Origin: Macrostomum lignano
Taxonomy: Eukaryota
Assembly (NCBI GenBank): GCA_002269645.1
Contig: NIVC01002146.1
Coordinates: forward strand, 62,001 to 126,000
Length of the DNA stretch: 64,000 nt
Direction: 5' to 3'
In this document: in pieces, positions 33,376 to 46,065 of the stretch
How positions within the stretch are numbered: position 1 is the stretch's first letter
Layout: every line of letters starts with the position of its first letter
Translations under genes and position numbers: made by a program
The notes under the pieces: generated by a model
Databases searched by the model: none
Seen by the model: only the letters and a program-made list of their open reading frames with translations
Told to the model about the DNA's origin: nothing

Positions 33376-36300
33376 TCACAACTTGGCCCTGGCGGTGGGG
33401 TTGTGCCGCTCGAGCAGCCTGTTGGCCGCGTGCCAGATCCAGACGCTGTGCACCGACCGAGGCAGACTGAGGCTGCTGAATGCGAACTCAGGATCTGCCG
33501 GTGCAAAATGTGAAGTTTGTGCGGCGGTGAATGCGTCTGATGTGGGATTGGGTGTGTCTGGTGTGGGATCGGGTGTGTCTGGTGTGGGATCGGGTGTGTC
33601 TGGTGTGGGATCGGGTGTGTCTGGTGTGGGATCGGGTGTGTCTAGTGTGGGATCGGGTGTGTCTGGTGTGGGATCGGGTGTGTCTGGTGTGGGATCGGGT
33701 GTGTCTGGTGTGGGATCGGGTGTGTCTGGTGTGGGATCGGGTGTGTCTGGTGTGGGATCGGGTGTGTCTAGTGTGGGATTGGGTGTGTCTAGTGTGGGAT
33801 TGGGTGTGTCTGGTGTGGGATCGGGAGTGTCTGGTGCGAGATCGGGTGTGTCTGGTGCGAGATCGGGTGTGTCTGGTGTGGGATCGGGTGTCTAGTGTGG
33901 GATCGGGTGTGTCTAGTGTGGGATCGGGAGTGTCTGGTGCGAGATCGGGTGTGTCTGGTGCGAGATCGGGTGTGTCTGGTGTGGGATCGGGTGTGTCTAG
34001 TGTGGGATCGGGTGTGTCTGGTGTGGGATCGGGTGTGTCTAGTGTGGGATCGGGAGTGTCTGGTGCGAGATCGGGTGTGTCTGGTTCGGGATCGGGTGTG
34101 TCTGGTGTGGGATCGGGTGTGTCTGGTGTGGGATCGGGTGTGTCTGGTGTTGGATCGGGTGTGTCTGGTGTGGGATCGGGTGTGTCTGGTGTTGGATCGG
34201 GTGTGTCTGGTGCGAGATCGGGTGTGTCTGGTGCGAGATCGGGTGTGTCTGGTATGGGATCAGGTGTGTCTGGCGTGGGATCAGGTGTGTCTGGCGTGGG
34301 ATCAGGTGTGTCTGGCGTGGGATCGGGTGTGTCTGGTGTGGGATCGGGTGTGTCTGGTGTGGGATCGGGTGTGTCTGGTGTGGGATCGGGATTGATGCAG
34401 CTTAATAATGCACTTAGGTATCTCCTATACATGTCGGATTCCATCCTCCAAATAATTGTACTTTCTGTTTTGCAATTCAGCCTCGTACTTTTCAGTTAGC
34501 CGACTCACTTTCACTTTGTCTCCCATGCTTTTTCCCACAGACTATCGTAACCGTTACTTTACCACAGATATTTCAGCTGGCCTGTTTGCTATGTTAGCAT
34601 AAATACAAGTTCAACTCGCCTTCTCCTCTGCTACACTTCTTTTCTGTCCCGCTAATCACTTATAATATTAGTTAATTGTCACTTCGACAATTCTCATAGC
34701 TGTCACCGAATTCACTAGTGTAAAGGGTGCCTAGCACGGTCCTCGAACTTTACCAACGCCCGCCAAGGCCAAAAACCTGACCCTAAAGAGAACCCAATTC
34801 GAGTGTAGGAGCAGTGGAGACGCACCTTGAGTCTCGGCAAACCGATCTGCTGCAGCTTGCAGCAGGCCGATGGGAACCGAGAGGCTGACGCTGTGACAGT
34901 TTTGGTCCGGGGAGTGCAGCCTGCAAGGGTTGAAGCGCGGGGTTGAACAGAATGAGGAACAGGTGTTTTTGGTCTTGAGCAGCTGAGTGATCAGTTTGAG
35001 CAGCTGAGTGATCAGTTTGAGCAGCTGACTGATCAGTTTGAGCAGCTGAGTGATCAGTTTGAGCAGCTGAGTGATCAGTTTGAGCAGCTGACTGATCAGT
35101 TTGAGCAGCTGAGTGATCAGTTTGAGCAGTTGAGTGATCAGTTTGAGCAGTTGAGTGATCAGTTTGAGCAGTTGAGTGATCAGTTTGAGCAGCTGAGTGA
35201 TCAGTTTGAGCAGCTGAGTGATCAGTTTGAGCAGCTGAGTGATCAGTTTGAGCAGTTGAGTGATCAGTTTGAGCAGCTGAGTGATCAGTTTGAGCAGCTG
35301 AGTGATCAGTTTGAGCAGCTGAGTGATCAGTTTGAGCAGCTGAGTGATCAGTTTGAGCAGCTGAATGATCAGTTTGAGCAGCTGAATGATCAGTTTGAGC
35401 AGCTGAATGATCAGTTTGAGCAGCTGAGTGATCAGTTTGAGCAGCTGAGTGATCAGTTTGAGCAGCTGAGTGATTAGATTCAGGATCAGGTTGTCGGCTT
35501 GAGCACCGGAGGACCCCATGGACAGCGGAGCTCACCTGAGGTGTCCCACAGTCATGGCGACAGAATGGCCATCTTCAAGCGTCACTGGCCCGCCACTGAA
35601 CCCGTTGAACACCGGGCATGAAGTCTGCGAGTGAGCGAATGATATTGAATATACCCGATCCCACACCAGACACACCCGATCCCACACCAGACACACCCGA
35701 TCCCACACCAGACACACCCGATCCCACACCAGACACATCCGATCCCACACCAGACACACCCGATCCCACACCAGACACACCCGATCCAACACCAGACACA
35801 CCAATCCCACACAGACACACCTGATCCCACACCAGCAGCTCACCTGCAAGGCTACAATCGGGCATTGGTCACCGGGCAAGCGGCCACCGAATTCGTGAAC
35901 TATTCGACCCCGACTGAGCATTGGGGGGCCGGGCTGGGACAGCCCTTGGAACGGAAATCCGACGGCAATCACGGACTGTCCTGGATTGCGACGCGCATAA
36001 TTGCAGGGATGAGGGCGGAAAGTAGCGATAAGAAGACACAAAGATCACTATTTCAGAACACATGAAGGTCAAAAAGCATCTCAGGACATTTGAAGGTCAA
36101 TAAGCATCTCAGGACAGTTGGAGGTTAATAAACATCTCAGGACAATTGGAGGTTAATAAGCATCTCAGGACATTTGAAGGTCAATAAGCATCTCAGGACA
36201 GTTGGAGCTTAATAAACATCTCAGGACATTTGGAGGTTAATAAACATCTCGAACACTTGAAGGTCATTGCTCCCTCACCCAAGAGCTCTTTGCCGTCAGT

Positions 36301-37728
36301 TGCCAGCCGGTAAGCCACGCTCGGCAAGTCCGGCTCGTCGGGCTCCAACAGCACGAAGGCGACGTCGAACACAGGCGGCTGGGTGCGCCGGTTCGCCCAC
36401 AGCAGCGTCGCCCTCCGCCAGGCCCAAGCGGGGTCGCTGAGGTCGAGATCAGCCGAGGAGGGCTGGGCCGGTCGAACGCGGTAGATTTCGGTCGGCTTGT
36501 CGGCTTGGACGACAAGGTGAGCGCAGGTCACCAGCAGCCGGGGCGTCAGGGCGATGGCGGCACCCCAGCGGCTGCCGTCCACCAACTCCAGGAGACAGGC
36601 GCCAGACCGGCTGGCGGCTGAAGGTTTTCAGTTTGCTCAAGTTACTCATAGCGCAACACAGGCTTGTAGGGAGTTGGGGATGCAGTTTACAAAGACTAGT
36701 GGGGAAGAAATTTTTGACAAAGACTAACAGCTTAAAAGACTTGTACGAGCCGTACTGTACACAGGCACGCATTCATGCACTCGCTCATACAGGGTGAACA
36801 GCAGCCCTGGCTTTCTAATCGTCAGGGATGTACACTCTCCGTGCCTTGGGGGTTGGGCCTCATGGATGTGAACTGGAGCTGGAGACTACAGAAGACAAGG
36901 GCCGCAAGAGGTGGGACACCCAGGCACAGGATATTTCAATCCCTGAACTGCCTACCAGCGCGGGGCCACAAAGCGTCTGCAGCCACCATCTGCACGGAGG
37001 GCTTCGCCAGCAGCCGCCCGCCAAGCAGCGCCAGCAGCCGCCCGGCTGGAAGCAGCGCCGGCCAGGTGAGTTCGGCGCCAGTCGTCGGCGCACAGACGCC
37101 AATTACGGCGCCAAGGACGGCGGCGGTGCCAGCGCCAGCGTCAGCAAGCGCGATGGCGCCATTCGCGAGGCGCCGTTCGGTGAACAGCTGGGCTTCCGGC
37201 AGAGCGGCCAGCAGGTAGCAGGAGGGCCCGGGCTGGCAGGTGACGCTGCCTGTTGGTCAATAAACCGGCAGAGCTTAGAAACTTTAACTGTTAAAAGTTA
37301 ACAATGTGCCTACTATGCTACTTACTTTCTATAGCTGCAGTAGTGCTTCCAGCACATAGCAACTTGACTGAGAATCCAAGAAAACTGCTGCTGCCTTCAG
37401 TTGAAACCATTGGGAAAGATTTGTATGCATTGGGCAAAGGTTTTACCAGCTCAAAGCATAAAATATGATTGAAGAATAGTTTAATGTGCAGAAATACATT
37501 AGTGACAGGGAGTTCAAGAGGCTTAGAAAAAATTAAATCTACTGCTAGAATTTCTGGATTCACTTCCAACATTGGCTGATTAATTGCCTTAACATGAAAC
37601 TGCCTTATTGACTGTAAATGCTTTGAATGCTTTTTATTAGCAAATATTACTAAATAGTTATTATTGAACATGAAGCCATAATGTTCTCTACAGTCCCCAT
37701 GACATGTGAGAGTGCAAGGAAAGTACAT
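33376..37728 (-). CDS. TYSND1: Peroxisomal trypsin-like serine protease (TYSND1-like), ~491 aa
   Basis: Exons 37326-37728 (AT-rich, least certain), 36956-37249, 36279-36617, 35844-35980, 35536-35624, 34826-34920, 33376-33494; phases are consistent. Triad motifs are WGAAIALTPRLLVTCAH, FDVAFV and GFSGGP. The C-terminus ...HSVWIW...ARAKL* ends in a PTS1-type AKL. Confidence 0.85.
33541..34390. repeat. Minisatellite, 21-bp unit, ~40 copies (last TYSND1 intron)
   Basis: ggtgtgggatcgggtgtgtct. Confidence 0.95.
34976..35475. repeat. Minisatellite, 21-bp unit, ~24 copies
   Basis: gagcagctgagtgatcagttt; contains the palindromes cagctg and tgatca. Confidence 0.95.
35654..35835. repeat. Minisatellite, 21-bp unit, ~8 copies; reverse complement of the 33541-34390 array
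   Basis: cccgatcccacaccagacaca. Confidence 0.93.
36068..36262. repeat. Minisatellite, 28-bp unit, ~7 copies
   Basis: aataagcatctcaggacatttgaaggtc variants. Confidence 0.9.
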
Positions 37729-40664
37729 TGCTCATGGACTCTGTTAGTCTTGCCAGTTCTGAAAGGAAAAATTAATCAAATTGCCATTATTTAAACTGAA
37801 TTTAAATAAATCAATGTCTCAATAAGTCATTACGTTTGTATAACAACTTTTTGGATTAATTCAATAGGTTCATATGCCCTAGCTTTAATTTTTATAAAGT
37901 ATAACTTTAAATAGACTTAAATTTGCACTTAGCCATGTTTAAAATTGCTCTAATAACCCACTTTATTAGAGGTTGCTATTCTTTTATATATACTAACAGC
38001 TAATACAAAATTATTAATCTTTTTAAAAAATAAAAAAAATATTTTTATATATATATTTTTTTATATCATAATTCATTTTAAAGTATGTGAAATTAGACCG
38101 TTTGAATTTTGTGTATTAGTTAAATAGCACTCAAGAAATAATGTGAAAAGCCAGTTTTTTTAATTTAAAAAATAAAATATTGGTCTAAAATACAACAAAG
38201 AATTAATTATTATTTGCTTGGAAGCTTAAAATTGAATAATATATGTTTTCTATGATTAGGTATAATTTTCTATGATATGATTGCTTTGATTAGATTTAGA
38301 AATCAATCAAGAAAATTTATAGAATACATGTAGACCTAGCCACAACATAAAACTCAAAACCCTTTTTTAATGTAATGGCTGAAGACAAATTTTACTTGAT
38401 GGGATATAACTTGGGATATTGGACATGCATGAGATATAAAAATATAAGGATGACTGTATGATATAAATAATAAGATATGACTATCAGCAATTTAAAACAA
38501 ACAAAAATAAAACAAACAAACGAATAGGAATAAAGAGTGTAGCTAAGTATATAATAAAAGAGAAGCAGTCGCTAATTCCCCATGAAATACTGTTCTGCAG
38601 TTTAGTTTTGAAATAGATCATAGACAGAGTTCTGGCAAAGTTATAATTTTAAGGTCAACTGGCGCTAACTCAATGAATCATGAGAATTCCAGCAGCCGAG
38701 GATGGGGTACAGAGCGAATACAAGCGCAGAGATCAAGACAATTTGTATCCTCTACCCTGGTCCCTGACTCCCTGGATGTGGATGATCATCAATATTTCCT
38801 AGAAAATATCAATTTTAAAAAGTTATACTTCCATGCCAAATAACAAGAATGAGCGAAAAAAACAGACAAAAATTCTAAGCTTTTAGACAGTTAAACTATT
38901 TATTATGTCATTGAATGTGTTTGAGAATTTCAGTATAATTAGATTTTATAAGACATCAAATACTTAATAAATAATAACTTCAAATGCACAAAAGGTATAA
39001 CGTAATACCTTCTGACATTCTGACATTTACGAATGAGGTTATTCAGCAGTAGAACTCGAAACGAAATTTCCGGTTTGTAAAACTCGAGGGGCAACATCAA
39101 AATGTTACAAAAACAGGAATAGAGGCACACAGGAAAACAGGAAATACTACTTGATCGTAAGTAGTATTTATTGCTATTCAGTGGCGCAGGTTATCGTATT
39201 TGTACACGTACACAGCATATATTGCTCTTAATTTTCTACGCACATATTTACATGCATACCGTAGCAATGAACTATGCACGGTAATGTACGTGTATGCCAA
39301 CGATCACTGGTCTCGCGCTTCATGCATGTATCTCGTATTGCAACGAATATGAGACATATGTGTGACATGATGCAACATTTCACGTATGTTTCCGTGAGGA
39401 TTTCGAAAGCTGTTTCAAAATCAACAGCTGCACATGCTACTTAATTTTGTTGAGCAAACGGTAGTATGCATAGCAAATTTCAACCAGTATCTATAAGCAA
39501 CCTAAAACTCTAGCTGTTACCCGATAAGATTCATTCTGCTTTCTAAACTATTTTTTTCTTTATTTCACGTATGTCTCCTGGAGAGGAAAATTCAATCGAA
39601 ATATTCTCTCAGCCTCACCAGTTCCGCACCTGTTCTGCACAGTCGCAGAAAGCAAAAATCGCGCAACCGCGGTTGCCAAGTGGGAAGAGGCCACTTGAAT
39701 GTCATGGGAGATTTTTTCTATTTCCATCGCTTTCTGGGGTAATCCGCGGCCCCAACAGCTTTCGGGGGAGGTTCGGGACAGGTGGGGAGAGAAATGGGAA
39801 AGCTGCTGAAAAAAGGGAGTCGGGGATGGGGAAGTGACAACAAATAGACAGAAAAAGTTTAGACTGCACCATGGGAAGCCACTTGAAGGCGGGTCGGTCC
39901 CGATGCATGCAGTGAGACAGTTCTTCCCAACTATAACTCCCCATATCCAGTTTGTGCGCGCTCTGACCGGCTAACTGGGTCGGCTGGCGCCTCTCCCGCC
40001 TGTTGGAGCTGCGGAGTCGCGGGTATGGGGGGGGAGGCGTGGCTGGGCGATCGCTGAAGCCGAATTTTCGGACAAGAGGCCGCTCGCTGCGGAATCTGTC
40101 GCTGTTCGAATGGGCCCGCCGCTGCGCCACATTCGTCACGCATTAATTCAGGCGGAGGCTGTGCGCTTTGATGGCGCGCCCAGCTGCATGCCTCGTCGCG
40201 TCATAAAAGCATTATTAGCCAATGATGCGTCCTCTGTATAGCAGCCATAACAGGTGAAAACCAACAATTTTATTGTGCAGGTTTTTTAGTCCAAACGGAA
40301 AAGATTCCACTGTCGTATAGATGGACTCTGATTAAGCACCTTATTCTAGCATTTTCTGGTTAATGTCCTCTTGGTTCGAGGTTTCACCTGCGAACACACG
40401 TGTGTACGACTCGTACATGACTGCCAATGGGAAAGTCATTGCCGCTTTACAACCCTGCGTGAGCGCATGCATGTGCTCAGCGTTCAAAACGTTTGAGCGC
40501 CTAATTTACAAGCCAAAGCGCCACTCCTGACGAGACCAACTGCATGTAAACTGCATTTATTCACCCCGCTCTGTACTCTCCTTTCGCTTCTCGCCAGAGA
40601 GTTACTATAAATGCGGATAAAGAAAATATGAGATATAACCTAGAGCACGGGCGGAAGAGAGGAA

Positions 40665-41150
40665 AGAGAAGATAGAGGAGAGAGAAGGGAGAGCGGGGAG
40701 AGAGCGGAGAGAGTGGAGAGAGGGGAGAGGGGAAATAAGGGCGAGAAGAGAGGGGAGAGAGGGGAGAGAGGGGAGAGAGGGGAGAGAGGGAGGAGAGGGG
40801 ATAGAGAGGAGAGAGGGGAGAGAGGGGAGAGAGGGGAGAGAGAGGAGAGAGGGGAGAGAGGGGAGAGAGGGGAGAGAGGGGGAGGGGAGAGAGGGTATAG
40901 GGGGAAGAGAGCGGATAGAGGGAGAGGGGAGAGGGGAGAGGGGAGAGGGGAGAGGGGAGAGAGGAGAGGGGAGAGGGGAGAGAGGAGAGAGAGGAGAGAG
41001 GGAGAGAGGGAAGAGAGAGGAGAGGGGAAGAAGGGAGAGATGAGAGAGGTAAAAGAGGAGAGAGGGGAGAGAGGGGAGAGAGGGGAGAGAGGGGATAGGG
41101 GAAGAAGGGAGAGAAGAGAGAGGGGAAAGAGGAGAGAGGGAGGGGAGAAG
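40665..41150. repeat. GA-rich low-complexity tract
   Basis: Almost purely G/A on the + strand (gagagggga-type units). Confidence 0.95.
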
Positions 41151-41671
41151 GGAAGGGTCACTGCAAAAACTGCAATAGCGAAATGACATTGACAGCACTC
41201 CAACCGACAGAGATCAAAAAATCTCACTAGTTCTCTCGACTGAACCTGAACCAACGCAAATTAAAGAATTGGAAAGATGAGATTCAGAAAGCATTGAATC
41301 AGTTTCTGTTTTCAGAATTTTCCGATAATAATTTTTCATCTGTCAAACTATTAGAAATAATTTCAGAAAGTCAAAATTCAATTTAAAAGCAAATATAAGA
41401 AAGCCAATTATTTGAGTTGGGGACCTCTTTGACGATTGATTTGAGTGCAGCAGTCAAACACTTGTGAGTTGTTTAGTTTATATTTAACGAACAAAAGAAG
41501 CAATTTGACAAATGACAGGCAGATAGAATTTTGAAGCAGAGCTTGTGGAGCTGGAGCTGCCATCTATTAAATAATAAAGTAGCGGGCGATGGGCACAGTG
41601 TAAATCAGACACAACAATTGAACAAATTGAAAGAATCATGCCTCGATTCTTGGTGCGCAGAAGTTCACATG

Positions 41672-44600
41672 TCACTGCCAGGCGTACAGGTGATGATGCT
41701 GCGGCTGCGGCGGCACCTGATGATGCTGATAGTGCCCGGAAAATGCTGAGTAGGTGGCGGAGAAGTCATGCGGCATGGCGGCAGCGGAGACCGGGTACTG
41801 CAGGTGGGCGTGCCCGGTGTTGTAGGGAAGGTGTTGCTGCTGCTGCAGCGGCGGCTGCTGGGGCTGGTGGTACAGCTGATGCGGCTGCGGCTGCTGCAGC
41901 TCGGGACTGGAGTACTCAGCTCCGCAGCCAGCGCTGCCTCCGTCCGCTGAGTCGCCACCCATCAGACGGCACCTGCCGGCGTAGGCGGCTGCAGCGGCGG
42001 CTGCGGCGGCAGCTGCTGCCTGCAGTTCTACGGACTTGTCCGCCTGCTGGCGCTTGACCTTGTAGCGCCGGTTCTGGAACCAGATTTTCACCTGCGGGGG
42101 TGGCCGGACGGCATGATTGATTGATCGATAGATTAGTCCCAATCTTCGCAAACGGTTAAATCAAATATTAATAGAATATTTTTCAATCCTTCGCAGAGCC
42201 AGTTCTTGTCAAATATTTGCTCTTTTCTTGGCAAACGGCGACAAAAAGATAATGACTTCGAGAGGGCAGGCTTGAAACCTTAAACGGCACCGCCCACCCC
42301 ACCGAACCGGAGGGGATCGTATTAAACGATCTGGGAAGGGCGGTGAGCAAATAAAATCCTCAAGTGGCTCTCTCTATCGGCCTGGATAATTAAGAAGGAG
42401 GAGGAGGCGTAAGAGCGCCCCCGCCAAAGGTGGTGCCTGGGGCTGGGCAAGTCTGGGTGGGTGTTCCGGTGTGGAAGCTCGATTCTTCCCATGCAGACAT
42501 CGATCCCGGATCGGCTTACGCAACCGGCTGCATTGGGCGGTAGCTGCTGATCTCTCTGGTTTCACTCCCGCTGCGAGGGAGAAGCTGCGCACAGGCGCAC
42601 AATGCTTGCGAAGAGGCGCAACACGAGGCTTCCGCGAAATGACGGAGGACGTTTCAAGACATAGTCTGGTCTGAGGGACCCACCACCTGACTTCCGGGAC
42701 ACTGATGGCCTCAATGAAATCGGTTTTGTGCAAAATTATGATTGATTCATTAATAGTTTAGCAGCTGGTTGTAACTTTTCTTTAGCAGAAATACTCCGGT
42801 TTTGGGAAGCTTGCCTTTCAAATAAATAATTCTAATATATAGAGTCATAAATATTGGTTTCCCAGGAAAGTTACACCCCATGGGAAGAGGCCAACCTTTT
42901 GACAAGCATTAAATATGATAAATATTTAGACAACCGCGGACTAAATAGCTACCCGAGACTGCCAGCCATGCGCTTTTGTGAATAAATGATTACAGGAAAT
43001 ATGCTGGGAGAGCCTCGCTTTGACTGCACACCTATCTGCCTGTGGCATCGCGGAACCACTGAGTCTCACTCAAGCAACAATAATAGCAGTGTAATATAAT
43101 AATAAAGAGTAGAGAGAGAGACCACAACAAAGACTATAGGAAGCCGAACTTTGCTGACCTTGTCAAGCAATTGTGTTATAAGTCTGGCCTGAGCCAACCA
43201 ATTTATCAACAGGTCAAATCGTACTATAAATACAAGATCGCAAAAGATCCCGGGTGTGCGCCCTTATCAGCTCAGATCTGCATTTCATTGGATCCGTATG
43301 GGCGGTGGCAGTTGTTTTTTGTCCCGTTATAAGCGCATTGAACTGTGCAGACCTGTCAGAGTCAGAGAGGCGCGGTTTCACTGTTTGCCTCATTCATTCA
43401 CGGTCCCCTGCTCCTCTCCTCAGCTCCTCGCATGCGCGACCGAATTCAATTGGAATACTAAATGTAAAAGAGCTGTAGAGCCTGTTTGCCTTCTGTGCTT
43501 ATCACTGCGGAGTCATCGATGGGGGGGGGGAGTGCAAGAGACGAGAGTGGGAGGTTAGGAGACTGAAGGAGCCTTCTCTCCGCAAATTTCAAGGTTAGAT
43601 ATGTTCGTAAAATTAATTGTTCTTATTCTAATAGAGTTTGAGGTAAATTGAGGAAAACAGACAGTTCAGAAACCGTTGGAAACTATTGGAAACTGTTGGA
43701 AACTGTTGGAAACTGTTGGAAACTGTTGGAAACTGTTGGAAACTGTTGGAAACTGTTGGAAACTGTTGGAAACTGTTGGAAACTGTTGGAAACTGTTGGA
43801 AACTATTGGAAACTGTTGGAAACTGTTAAAAACTGTTGGAAACTGTTGGAAACTGCTGGAAACTGTTGGAAACTGTTGGAAAATAGTATTGGAAACTGTT
43901 GGAAACTGTTGGAAACTGTTAAAAACTGTTGGAAACTGTTGGAAACTATTGGAAACTGTTGGAAACTACTGGAAACTGTTGGAAACTGTTGGAAAATAGT
44001 ATTGGAAACTGTTGGAAACTTTTGGAAACTGTTGGAAAATAGTATTGGAAACTGTTGGAGACTGTTGGAAACTTTTGGAAACTGTTGGAAAATAGTATTG
44101 GAAACTGTTGGAACCCGTTGGAAACTGCTGCAAATCAATCCATAAAAACATTTGCTCACCTGCTGCGGTGTCATTTTGAGCAGTCCAGCCAGCTGCTCCC
44201 GCTCCGGCGCGCTCAGGTAGCGCTGCTGCCGAAAGCGCCGCTCCAACTCGAACACCTGAGCCTGCGAGAACAAAATTCTCGGCTTCCGTTTCGACCGCTG
44301 GCTGCGCAGGGCGCACGGCGGTGATGAGGAGGCCGTGCCAGACTCCCGGTCCGCCTCGTCTCCATCGGTTGCCTCAGCAACCGAAGTTGGATGGGGCTGC
44401 CCTGCTGGAGAGCGGTTTTAGGGAACTGGAGTCTTGGAGATCAGTCTCCTCTGCTGTCTCACACCTTGCCTCAGTCACTCTCTCTTTCTGTCTCACACCT
44501 TGCCTCAGTCACTCTCTCTTTCTGTCTCACACCTTGCCTCAGTCACTCTCTCTTTCTGTCTCACACCTTGCCTCAGTCACTCTCTCTTTCTGTCTCACAC

Positions 44601-45538
44601 CTTGCCTCAGTCACTCTCTCTTTCTGTCTCACACCTTGCCTCAGTCACTCTCTCTTGCTGTCTCACACCTTGCCTCAGTCACTCTCTCTTGCTGTCTCAC
44701 ACCTTGCCTCAGTCACTCTCTCTTTCTGTCTCACACCTTGCCTCAGTCACTCTCTCTTTCTGTCTCACACCTTGCCTCAGTCACTCTCTCTTTCTGTCTC
44801 ACACCTTGCCTCAGTCACTCTCTCTTTCTGTCTCACACCTTGCCTCAGTCACTCTCTCTTTCTGTCTCACACCTTGCCTCAGTCACTCTCTCTTTCTGTC
44901 TCACACCTTGCCTCAGTCACTCTCTCTTGCTGTCTCACACCTTGCCTCAGTCACTCTCTCTTGCTGTCTCACACCTTGCCTCAGTCACTCTCTCTTGCTG
45001 TCTCACACCTTGCCTCAGTCACTCTTGCTGTCTCACACCTTGCCTCAGTCACTCTTGCTGTCTCACACCTTGCCTCAGTCACTCTTGCTGTCTCACACCT
45101 TGCCTCAGTCACTCTCTCTTGCGGTTTTACAATCTCAAGAAACTGGAGTTGAGTCACAGGAGCAGTTGAATTCCCAGGTCGCCGCTCACCTCCGGCAAAA
45201 TCCGGCAGCTCGCCTGGCTGCAGATGATCCGACGAGGCCGCCTGCTGCCTCCAGCAGTTCCACACCATGGCGCCATGCGGCGTCTGCGGCGGCGGCTGCT
45301 GATGCGGCTGATGCGGCAGCTGTGTCTGCGGTTCCACAGGCGGGTTCTGATGACCAGCAACCGCTGTGTAGAACTCCTGCTGCTGCTGCTGCTGCTGTTG
45401 TTGCTCCTGTTGCTGCTGCTGCTGCTGCTGCTGCAGATCTGCCGGCTCTGACTTGAAATAGTATGGCTGGCAGAAGGCGGCGGCGGCAGCAGCTGCGGCG
45501 GCGGCCCTATGGTAGTGCTCGGTCAGCATCGCAGACAC
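41672..45538 (-). CDS. NK4: NK4 (tinman/Nkx2-3/2-5 class) homeobox protein, 337 aa
   Basis: Exons 45190-45538, 44160-44404, 41672-42091. Homeodomain [44 protein letters not shown]|[15 protein letters not shown] has the NK2-type Tyr54 and the KPR/NRRYK NK4 pattern. It is followed by DKSVEL (cf. Nkx2-3 DKSLEL), and the protein ends LYAWQ (cf. GIRAW). Confidence 0.88.
43670..44128. repeat. 10-bp tandem repeat in the homeobox intron
   Basis: ggaaactgtt. Confidence 0.95.
44452..45118. repeat. Minisatellite, 34-bp unit, ~20 copies (NK4 intron 1)
   Basis: ctcacaccttgcctcagtcactctctctttctgt. Confidence 0.95.
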
Positions 45539-46065
45539 GGGCTTCGAGTGCGCCTATAAGCGGGATTTGCGCAGGGACGGCCGGAGGCACTTCACTTTCT
45601 CAAGAGGAAATCCTCCAGGAACTGACTACAGCTGGTATAATCCGCTTGATTGACTTTTCAAAGGTCGCAAAGATTTGACAGGTTATCGAGTCGAGTGAGT
45701 GGATTGTATTCAATCGCTCTTAAGTCTTTATAAGCCTTGCACAGAGGCGGGCGGGCGAGCTCGGGAGTCTGTAGGATTTGTTTTAGAGGGACTCGAATCC
45801 AACCAGTCAGGCCCAGCCGATGGGTAAACAATCGGGGATCTGGGACGGGGGCGGGCGGTTTCGAGGGAAAACTCCCGATGCTTCCACGGGGCGGCGGGGA
45901 GGCCCGCCTGACTGGCCACGGCTCTCCCAGCCCCCATTGGCTCAGAGGGTGCAACCAACCCACCCTCCTCCCAGGCTTTTCCGGGAATTCAATCAACCCG
46001 ATTCCATTGATGAAAACTCGGTGTCCGTGATGGTCCCCTCCGATTGCGCGAATGAAGATGAATGA

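Noticed and set aside
33488-35535. TPD/GVGSGVS/QLLKLIT repeat ORFs
   Set aside because: They are 21-bp arrays lying inside TYSND1 introns defined by phase-consistent junctions.
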